A DNA stretch of 64,000 nt, taken from a bacterium. GTDB lineage: Bacteria; Patescibacteriota; Minisyncoccia; Phycocordibacterales; CAIZLB01. The notes beneath the pieces are model-generated. The model searched no databases and was not told the origin of the DNA. It worked only from the letters and a program-made list of their open reading frames with translations. Made by a program: the position numbers and the translations under genes. This document shows positions 8,908 through 16,496 of this stretch, one piece after another; positions within the stretch are counted from its first letter, which is position 1; the number at the start of each line of letters is the position of its first letter. The stretch covers positions 4,647 to 68,646 of the forward strand of contig JBAXXP010000004.1 in assembly GCA_037127815.1 (NCBI GenBank). The letters are read 5' to 3'.

Positions 8908-9381
8908 TTACCTGACCTCAGAATTTGTCTTCATAATGGATTCAAAAGCCTCCAGAACGTATTGTGACAAATTAGTATCTCTTAGGTGAGGCTCATAGAT
9001 TGCAAAATCAGCCGTTATCATCTTCAGACAATTTTCTGCAGTAGAATCCCAGACTATCTGAAACAGGATGTTGCCTAAGTTCATTCCATGTTCAGTAAAG
9101 ACAGGTCTCTTTGTTGCAGCCTTTATCCTGTAGGTGTACGTTGTGGGTAACTTTTTCCCGCTAGAATTTTGAATATTGATATCAATCCAGCTCTCCCAAA
9201 GCAAAAACCATATGCCAAATTTTCCTTCAATAATCTCGATAGTAATTGTTGCTTTATTTATATCGAGCCCCAATTCTTTTTCTAATTCGTCTCCGCAGTC
9301 TTCTGACCCAATAATTTGCCATTCTGCATCAGGTGCAGTAAATGGCTTCACCATAGACTTTAATGTACTTTCAGTTGTCAT
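8908..9381 (-). CDS. Hypothetical protein (157 aa), possibly SRPBCC-like fold
   Basis: ORF with moderately elevated GC and no confident family match. Confidence 0.4.
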   Translation of the reverse strand: MTTESTLKSMVKPFTAPDAEWQIIGSEDCGDELEKELGLDINKATITIEIIEGKFGIWFLLWESWIDINIQNSSGKKLPTTYTYRIKAATKRPVFTEHGMNLGNILFQIVWDSTAENCLKMITADFAIYEPHLRDTNLSQYVLEAFESIMKTNSEVR

Positions 9382-9442
9382 TGTTTGTTGTTCTTTCTCG
9401 GTGAGAGATTAACATGCTTATATTTAAATAACAACAAAAAAA

Positions 9443-9494
9443 GAATGAAAAATTTGGGGTCAGGCACTGTGGTGCCTGACCCCAAATTTCATTC
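9443..9494. repeat. Palindromic repeat element copy 1 (core GGGGTCAGGCAC-TGTG-GTGCCTGACCCC, arms extend with AAATTT); also serves as terminator of Hsp20 gene
   Basis: 28-bp core with a perfect 12-bp stem at 9456-9483. Near-identical copies occur at 44291-44318 and 55506-55533. Confidence 0.8.
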
Positions 9495-9515
9495 TTCAAT
9501 CTTTTACTGTTTGTG

Positions 9516-10049
9516 TTAAATACTTTTAACCCTAACCTTCATTTGTCTGTCCTTATCAACTCTTGGAAGTTTTAAAGTTAGAATACCTTGTGACTCTATG
9601 GCTTCTGCGTGCTCGATATCAATTTCATGAGGAAGTTGAATAGTTCTTGAGAATGAACCCCAGTATAATTCTCTGTGAAAGTAATCATCATCGGAAACAA
9701 TTTTCTCTTCCTTCCTTATTCCCTTAAGTGTAATGGAGTCTCTAGTTAAATTAATTTCCAAATCTTCCTTTCTAACACCTGGAATCATAGCTTTCACAAT
9801 AACATCATCTTGTGTTTGATACACATCTACAGAAAGCTCACTATCAGCTGATGAATCATCTACCCACGATGAACTATTTTTATCATCAAACTTTGGATAA
9901 ATTTGTGCACTCTTTTTAGAAACTGCTGTAATAGAAGGTCTTACGTTTCTGGCTGCTGTAAAATCAAAATCTTCAGCCTCTTCTAATTGCTCATCTTCAT
10001 CGATGTTTACCGCGCCTGTTAGTCTTTCAAAAAAGGATCTTTTTTTCAT
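9516..10049 (-). CDS. Hsp20/alpha-crystallin family small heat-shock protein
   Basis: Alpha-crystallin domain: VDVYQTQDDVIVKAMIPGVRKEDLEINLTRDSITLKG ... FSRTIQLPHEIDIEHAEAIESQGILTLKLPR. Confidence 0.85.
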   Translation of the reverse strand: MKKRSFFERLTGAVNIDEDEQLEEAEDFDFTAARNVRPSITAVSKKSAQIYPKFDDKNSSSWVDDSSADSELSVDVYQTQDDVIVKAMIPGVRKEDLEINLTRDSITLKGIRKEEKIVSDDDYFHRELYWGSFSRTIQLPHEIDIEHAEAIESQGILTLKLPRVDKDRQMKVRVKSI

Positions 10050-10129
10050 ATGTGTAAATTTTTTATGTTCTAATTATAAATCATATAAAAGAAAAATGCT
10101 ACATTAATTTGGAATATAGATAAATAAAG

Positions 10130-10156
10130 AGCGCCGTTCCCTGTGGGAACGGCGCT
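10130..10156 (-). terminator. 12-bp perfect hairpin AGCGCCGTTCCC-TGT-GGGAACGGCGCT downstream of the 10202..10537 gene
   Basis: Perfect inverted repeat read from the sequence. Confidence 0.55.
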
Positions 10157-10201
10157 TACAAAATCGTTTCTCGCTAACTGAATCAACTTCTCGGCTGAAA
10201 C

Positions 10202-10537
10202 TTAAAACCCATTCTGTTCCAACCAGTAAATATACTTCAAATGATCAGGGTTGTTGATGTCAGGCTTTGCCCCTGACTCTCCGCTTTCAAACTTGAGAAT
10301 GTCGAGATATTCTGGTTTACCACCGAACAGTTGCACCAGTCCCTGGATTGGGATGCAAAGATTCTCACGAATTCTCTTTGCTTTCACTCGATCAAATCTT
10401 CCGGCAACAGGTTCTATGTTGATAGAAATAGCGCTAATGCGCTCCATAATCATGTTCTGTTCAACTTCAGGAAGGTATGGGAATTGACGCATGAGATCAA
10501 TACAAATGGCGTTAAAGGCCGTAATAGTTGCATTCAT
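10202..10537 (-). CDS. Hypothetical protein (111 aa)
   Basis: ORF only. Confidence 0.35.
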   Translation of the reverse strand: MNATITAFNAICIDLMRQFPYLPEVEQNMIMERISAISINIEPVAGRFDRVKAKRIRENLCIPIQGLVQLFGGKPEYLDILKFESGESGAKPDINNPDHLKYIYWLEQNGF

Positions 10538-10688
10538 ATTTAGTTCGTTTCTAGTTTGGTGTTTATGGTTTCAATCAGTACGTTAAGGAACAACAATAGA
10601 AGACTATACTATTTGAGCGTATAGTCAATAAATTAATTTACACCTGGGCTTGGCTGATCGAAATGATAGTTTAAGGAGTAGGCAAAGA

Positions 10689-11426
10689 CTAGAACTGCTT
10701 TATCTGCTTAACTTTCTCCAGTGACAAAATCAACAATATAATAGATATCCAAACAAATGAAAATGCAATAAACATATTCTGCTCATCGCTTATTACAATT
10801 ATGTAATTAAAAATAGTATGTATAACTCCCGCAACAAGTAGCCCAAGAAAGGCTAGTGAGAATTTACCAAATTTTCCCCTATAAAAACCATATCCAATAA
10901 AAATAGAGAATACCCCGGATGCTGCAACATGAAGGAGACTAGCTCCCATAAAACGAGCGGCTCCTGTCATTATGCTTGCAACCAGGTCTCCTCTAAATAA
11001 TGGAGTTAATAAAAATAAAGTATTCTCCATGGCCGCAAAACCAAGTGATACACTCATTAAGTATATAAAACTATCAATAGGGTGATTAAAAATTGTCTTA
11101 CTTCGTAATGCAATAAACCAAGCCCCGCCAAACTTAACAGCTTCCTCAATTAATGCCCAAATATAAATGGCATGTAAGTCACTGTCTTTCAAATTAAAAA
11201 GTCCAACAGATATTTTTTGAAGCGGATACACAACAAAAACTCCACACATTCCTACAACAAAGGACAAAAAGATAATATCCTTAGGTTCTTTGTGATCATT
11301 TGCTTCATGCATCCAAAACCATAACCAAAACATAGCAGGTAAAACACCTCCCACTAAGGCATAGGCAAAAACCTCTATTGCAAACAGAGGAGCTCCTTGT
11401 AATTGGTTTATTAAGTAGTTGGCCAT
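10689..11426 (-). CDS. PrsW-family intramembrane metalloprotease-like membrane protein
   Basis: Polytopic membrane protein with ALIEEAVKF (EExxK), GFAAMEN (FxxxE) and two conserved His in TM helices (LLHVAASG, VIHTIFNY), as in the PrsW/CAAX protease family. Confidence 0.55.
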   Translation of the reverse strand: MANYLINQLQGAPLFAIEVFAYALVGGVLPAMFWLWFWMHEANDHKEPKDIIFLSFVVGMCGVFVVYPLQKISVGLFNLKDSDLHAIYIWALIEEAVKFGGAWFIALRSKTIFNHPIDSFIYLMSVSLGFAAMENTLFLLTPLFRGDLVASIMTGAARFMGASLLHVAASGVFSIFIGYGFYRGKFGKFSLAFLGLLVAGVIHTIFNYIIVISDEQNMFIAFSFVWISIILLILSLEKVKQIKQF

Positions 11427-13816
11427 TTTTCGGTCATTATCAATTCTCGAGTTTTAAGCTCTTTTGGAAGAAGTGACCAAAGTTCTTGAGTTACATGAGG
11501 CATAAATGGATGTAGTGTCTTTACAATCATCGCAAGTGTTTCAAGTAAGAATTTTGCGCGAGATTTTTTCATCGCAACAGCTTCTATATTTGATTCATCG
11601 TTATTTGCAAAAATTTCTTTACTACTTTCTAAAATGACATCAGCAAACTCCTTCCATGTATAATTATACAGGTCTTCTGCAACAATGTGAATCTTTAAAT
11701 TGTCCATATTTGTTGATATCGATTTAAAAACTTCATTTCTCTTTTCAATTAACGCTAAATCAGCTTCAGTGAAAGATATATTTGTCTTATCTTCGTCCAC
11801 ACCGTTACTTGCAACATCATGCATTCCTTCGGTTGAAGTTAAAATAAATCTAGTAACATTCCAAATTTTGTTTGCAAAGTGTTTGTATCCCTTAATTTTA
11901 TTTTCATCGATTTTACTATCAGTTCCTGGTGCTGTTCCAAAAACAAGTGACATTCTACCGGCATCCATTCCAAATTTTTGAGCAATTTCTATTGGATCGA
12001 TTCCATTACCTAATGTCTTTGAAAACTTTCTTCCTTTCATATCACGAACCATTCCAGTGAATAGAACTTTACTGAAGGGTATTGTTCCAAGGACATAACC
12101 TGTCATTAAAATCATACGTGCTACCCAGAAGAAAATAATGTCATGTCCAGTAACAAGAAGGTTTGTTGGATGATATATTGCAAAATCACTTTGTGGATCA
12201 TTTGCTTTTGCAGGCCATCCCATTGTTGAGAAACTCCAAAGACCAGAAGAGAACCATGTGTCTAGCGTGTCTTCATCTTGAATCCATTGATCTGCGTCAT
12301 CGCCAGTTGGAGCTTCTAGTCCGCAATAAATATCAGATTTAGATGCCTCAGAATCTGCCTCCTGATTTATATTAGAACCTTTCTTATACCAAACGGGAAT
12401 TCTGTGTCCGTACCAGATTTGGCGAGAAATACACCAATCGTTCAAATTATCTATCCAATTAAAATATGTTTTAAGGAAGTGCTCAGGCATCATCTCAATT
12501 TGGCCACCCAGAACTGCCTTTTGCATAATTTCCTTTAATGTAGTTTCTGATCCAGATTCTATTCCATCAATATCAGAATGGGGGAGTTTGAATTTTTTAT
12601 TAACAGCAACAAACCATTGAAGCTTAGGAAGTGGCTCAATAATTCCACCAGTACGCTCGGCAGTAGATACTCTTTGATCAATTTCAGTTTCATCAATAAG
12701 TAAATCATTTTCTTTAAGCCAAGCAACAACAAGCTCTCGCGCTTCAGCAACTTTTTTACCAACAATCTCAGGAGAACCAATCATCATGCGAGCTTTTTCA
12801 TCAATAACCTGAACCATAGGTAAACCATGACGCATTGCAATTTGATAGTCAGTCATGCTGTGTGCTGGGGTAATACCAACAGCACCTGTTCCAAAATCCA
12901 TTTCAGCCTCATGGTCTGCAACAATTTTTATTTTAATTGGAGCACCACAAAAATCCATTGAATATTCTTTTCCAACAAACTCCTTATAACGAGGGTCCTC
13001 CGGGTTTACTGCAACAGCAACATCTCCCAGTTTTGTTTCAGGACGAGTTGTTGAAATAGCGATAGGGAAGTCTTTACTATATTTGAAAGTATAAAACTTT
13101 GCCTTTCTGTCTTCATAAACTATTTCATCATCTGAAATTGTTGTTTGACCTTTTGGGTCCCAGTTAATAACTCTATTTTTTTTGAAAATTAGACCATCGT
13201 CATACATTTTTTTGAAAACAGTTCTAACTGCAAAGTTTCTTTCCTCATCTAATGTGAAGGCTTCTCTTGACCAATCAACAGAAGCCCCAATTGTCTGAAG
13301 TTGAGAAACAATTGTATCGTGACTTTGCTTTGCAAAAGTATCAACTCGCTTAAGTAACTCCTCTCTACCTAAATCATGTCTATTCAAACCTTCCGCCTTT
13401 TGAATATTTTTCTCAACCATTGATTGTGTTGCAATTGAGGCATGGTCCGTTCCAGGAATCCAAAGTACTCTATTTCCTTTCATTCGTTTGTATCTAATTA
13501 CGATGTCTTGCGTAGTGAACCCAAGAGCGTGTCCCATATGAAGTGTTCCAGTTACGTTTGGAGGAGGGAGAATAATACTATAAACAGGAGCATCAGCTTT
13601 AGTGATTCCTTCTTTAATACAAACATCTGGATTGTAAAATCCACTTTCACGTTCTTCTTTTTGAACTCGAGGTTCCACCTCAGTTGGATCATAAGGCTTT
13701 AGAAGTTGAGCTGGGATATTTGGGGCATAATGAGTTTTTTGCTCTGATGTGTCCGTTTTCTTATTATTTTCAGTATTTGCATCTGTGTTTGATGCGATGT
13801 TTGTATCTTGGCTCAT
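11411..13816 (-). CDS. valS: Valyl-tRNA synthetase
   Basis: PPNVTGTLHMGHAL HIGH motif. GTDHASIATQ is a ValRS signature. KFSKTLGN is the KMSKS motif. At 801 aa the C-terminal coiled-coil domain seems to be missing. Confidence 0.85.
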   Translation of the reverse strand: MSQDTNIASNTDANTENNKKTDTSEQKTHYAPNIPAQLLKPYDPTEVEPRVQKEERESGFYNPDVCIKEGITKADAPVYSIILPPPNVTGTLHMGHALGFTTQDIVIRYKRMKGNRVLWIPGTDHASIATQSMVEKNIQKAEGLNRHDLGREELLKRVDTFAKQSHDTIVSQLQTIGASVDWSREAFTLDEERNFAVRTVFKKMYDDGLIFKKNRVINWDPKGQTTISDDEIVYEDRKAKFYTFKYSKDFPIAISTTRPETKLGDVAVAVNPEDPRYKEFVGKEYSMDFCGAPIKIKIVADHEAEMDFGTGAVGITPAHSMTDYQIAMRHGLPMVQVIDEKARMMIGSPEIVGKKVAEARELVVAWLKENDLLIDETEIDQRVSTAERTGGIIEPLPKLQWFVAVNKKFKLPHSDIDGIESGSETTLKEIMQKAVLGGQIEMMPEHFLKTYFNWIDNLNDWCISRQIWYGHRIPVWYKKGSNINQEADSEASKSDIYCGLEAPTGDDADQWIQDEDTLDTWFSSGLWSFSTMGWPAKANDPQSDFAIYHPTNLLVTGHDIIFFWVARMILMTGYVLGTIPFSKVLFTGMVRDMKGRKFSKTLGNGIDPIEIAQKFGMDAGRMSLVFGTAPGTDSKIDENKIKGYKHFANKIWNVTRFILTSTEGMHDVASNGVDEDKTNISFTEADLALIEKRNEVFKSISTNMDNLKIHIVAEDLYNYTWKEFADVILESSKEIFANNDESNIEAVAMKKSRAKFLLETLAMIVKTLHPFMPHVTQELWSLLPKELKTRELIMTEKWPTT

Positions 13817-14012
13817 ATTTTTATTATTTATATATTTATATTATCACAAAGTAGGGGATTATAAAGGTATAAAGTTGGTATTTAATAGGCTTAAAATCTA
13901 CCCAAAAATAATTGACGTACTATGATTAATATTGTATTGTCTTTGGTGGAAGTGGAACCCGATGTTCCATTATGACCAGATCATTTTAGAACTTAATTGA
14001 TAGAAGTATTTT

Positions 14013-14324
14013 ATGGATATTGTAGTTGGTCAAAGGGCTGTTGTTAACACAGATATGAAACATGCCTATGCTTTATTCGAGCAGTGCTGTTTTCTACCGG
14101 GGCAGAGAATTACCAAGCTGGCGATAAGCTATCTTGGCTCTTGCCCGGTTTGTGGGGCTTCATGCGATCTAATACTTTCTGAGGAGCTTGAAACGGGAGT
14201 GATACGTGCAAAAGAGGACGATTTTTGTAGGCAGTGTGGAAACAGGCTTACAACAGTTGCTCCACAAAAACCTATTAAGCTTTTAGATCAAGAGACAATT
14301 TTTCGTCTCTTTGGTCCGTATTGA
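14013..14324 (+). CDS. Small zinc-ribbon protein (CxxC...CxxC), hypothetical
   Basis: CPVCG...CRQCG motif pair. GC is visibly higher than the genome background. Confidence 0.4.
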   Translation: MDIVVGQRAVVNTDMKHAYALFEQCCFLPGQRITKLAISYLGSCPVCGASCDLILSEELETGVIRAKEDDFCRQCGNRLTTVAPQKPIKLLDQETIFRLFGPY

Positions 14325-14359
14325 TTCAATCAAATCCCAAACAAAGAAAAAATAATTAA

Positions 14360-14680
14360 ATGAGCCCAGAAGAAATTCTAGCGTTTTTTGAAAAGCAAAT
14401 CGTTGACGAAAGGGAGGTGTTGGTTGCAACAAAGCCGATGACCTCTGAACAAGCACGTGAGATTTATCCCTACCGACCATTTTCAAAATATTCCGAGTCT
14501 GGTTGGAGTGGAAATAATCAAATGGACGATTCCGCATTGCTGATGAATGAGTTGGCGGTTCTTTGCAAAATCTGCCGAGCTGCAACTGGGAAGAAATTTG
14601 TTCTGTCGGGCGTCTGTCCTGACTGTAACGGTCGTTCTGAACGACACGCTAACAATCCCCGTAAGTCAGTGAAAAAATAG
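14360..14680 (+). CDS. Small zinc-ribbon protein (CxxC...CxxC), hypothetical
   Basis: CKIC...CPDC motif pair. Sits directly downstream of 14013..14324. Confidence 0.4.
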   Translation: MSPEEILAFFEKQIVDEREVLVATKPMTSEQAREIYPYRPFSKYSESGWSGNNQMDDSALLMNELAVLCKICRAATGKKFVLSGVCPDCNGRSERHANNPRKSVKK

Positions 14681-14738
14681 TAGTATTCTCTACTCGGTAT
14701 AGTTACCGTTATCAAGGTTCAATTCCTTGTACTAAATT

Positions 14739-14770
14739 AGCGTCGTCTTCGGACGGCGCTTTTTCTTTTA
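14739..14770 (+). terminator. Rho-independent terminator AGCGTCGTC-TTCG-GACGGCGCT + TTTTTCTTTT
   Basis: Hairpin followed by a T-run, 60 bp after the 14680 stop. Confidence 0.65.
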
Positions 14771-14779
14771 TTTAGATAT

Positions 14780-16165
14780 CTAAAGTCCCAAATTCCCATT
14801 AGCCCTAAGCCCCGGATATTCTGTTTGATTCCAAGCTAGATCGCTCTTATTTAATTTTGAAATAAAATGACCATTTGAATATTGTAAAAATCCAGCAATA
14901 CCAATCATTAGTGAATTGTCGGTTGAGAGATTTTTTTCAGGAACAAGTAATGTGACATTTTGCTCTGGATTGGCGTATGTAAATTCATCAGCAATCATTT
15001 TTACAAAAGATTCTTTGATGTATGTGTTTGCAGAAACTCCGCCACCAATAATTAATGTCTTAGCTGAGCTTATCTCTAGCGCTCGTTTTGTTTTAGAAAT
15101 TAAAACGTCAGTTACAGCTTGTTCAAATTCTGCACAAAGCGATGCTTTGTCTGATTCTGTTAATTCTTCCAGCTCACCAGCAACTTTGTTTTTTGTATTA
15201 TCACGAACAGCGTATAGAACAGAAGTCTTTAAACCAGAGAAAGAAAAATCGCAATCTTTTTTTGTAATCATTGGACGAGGTAAGTTCCAAGCAATACCTA
15301 TAGATGCAATGCCAGTAGGATTGTTTTGCAATGGAAACTCTCCATCTCTAAATTTCTTTGCAAGAGCTGAAATTTTTGGCCCACCGGGATATTTTAATCC
15401 AATAATTCTTGCAACCTTATCAAAAGCTTCACCAACTGCATCATCTCTAGTTTGTCCTAGTAGTTTGTAATCACCCCAACCGTTAACCTGTACTAGCTCT
15501 GTGTGACCTCCTGAGATAAGAAGGGCGACAGCGGGGAATAGTATATCTTTTGCAATCACATCTTCTTTGTCAGATGTATTTGCATTTGAATCCAAAAGAA
15601 CAGATGTAATATGCCCCTCCATGTGATTTACTGGAATAATTGGAAGTTGCCAAATATACGCCAGGGCTTTTGCGCCACTTATTCCAACCCATAGTGCTGG
15701 CTCAAGACCAGGGCCTACTGTCACCGCAATAGCATCTATTTCTGGAGCTTCATATTTTGCAAAGAAGTCTAGAAGATCATCGTGCATTATTTGTTCTCTT
15801 TCACCTAGGAATGATAATGAGTCAGTTATATTATTAACCTCAACTACACTAGGAGTTTTTTCAATAAGCATTCCAGCATCAAGAAGTGCAGAAATTAAAA
15901 TAGGTGTGAAATTTTTTATGTGCTCACGCTTTGCAAGAGTAGGAAAGACTCCACCAAAATCTGCATGAGTTTCAGCTTGTGAATATAATGCATTTCCAAG
16001 TACTTTAAAAATTAGCTTTTTATTTGAGGCCTGATTTATTGCACCGAGCGTGTTGTTTATTGTATCAGATTTGTCAGTCACATCTACGGCGTTGGTACCA
16101 AAACTAGCCTCAATTATAGATATTGCGGTTTCGTCACAACTTGTTTCAACTGATAGTATTCTCAT
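14780..16165 (-). CDS. tsaD: tRNA N6-adenosine threonylcarbamoyltransferase TsaD (Kae1/YgjD family), with large insertions
   Basis: MRILSVETSCDETAISI N-terminus with a conserved His pair (NHMEGH). At 461 aa it is longer than the usual length of about 340 aa because of insertions and a C-terminal extension. Confidence 0.8.
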   Translation of the reverse strand: MRILSVETSCDETAISIIEASFGTNAVDVTDKSDTINNTLGAINQASNKKLIFKVLGNALYSQAETHADFGGVFPTLAKREHIKNFTPILISALLDAGMLIEKTPSVVEVNNITDSLSFLGEREQIMHDDLLDFFAKYEAPEIDAIAVTVGPGLEPALWVGISGAKALAYIWQLPIIPVNHMEGHITSVLLDSNANTSDKEDVIAKDILFPAVALLISGGHTELVQVNGWGDYKLLGQTRDDAVGEAFDKVARIIGLKYPGGPKISALAKKFRDGEFPLQNNPTGIASIGIAWNLPRPMITKKDCDFSFSGLKTSVLYAVRDNTKNKVAGELEELTESDKASLCAEFEQAVTDVLISKTKRALEISSAKTLIIGGGVSANTYIKESFVKMIADEFTYANPEQNVTLLVPEKNLSTDNSLMIGIAGFLQYSNGHFISKLNKSDLAWNQTEYPGLRANGNLGL

Positions 16166-16336
16166 GTTCCTATTTAACTATATTTTGCTAGATTAGTATA
16201 GTGTTGGCAATTAATAGGCCGAGTTTTAATAAACCAAGTTTACGAAAAGTTTTATCACTATTTACAAGTATAAAAAAAGAGTATAATAGTAATGTAAATT
16301 AATCAGAAATAATTATTAAGCTAATTAAATAAATAT

Positions 16337-16462
16337 ATGAGTAATGGAAGAGGAGGAAGCAGAGGTTGTAATGGAAGACCACAAGCAGCAAGACTAGAGG
16401 CTAAGACTAAAAAGGCTGGAAATAGAGCTGTAAAGAAGCCAAAGAAAATAGTCATAGTTTAA
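16337..16462 (+). CDS. Possible small basic Gly/Arg/Lys-rich peptide (41 aa)
   Basis: ATG-initiated ORF MSNGRGGSRGCNGRPQAARLEAKTKKAGNRAVKKPKKIVIV, absent from the supplied track because it is under 60 aa. It lies in the intergenic region ahead of the DUF2207 gene. Confidence 0.2.
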   Translation: MSNGRGGSRGCNGRPQAARLEAKTKKAGNRAVKKPKKIVIV

Positions 16463-16496
16463 TATATTATTGTCTTTTGTGTTAAAATAATTAGTA

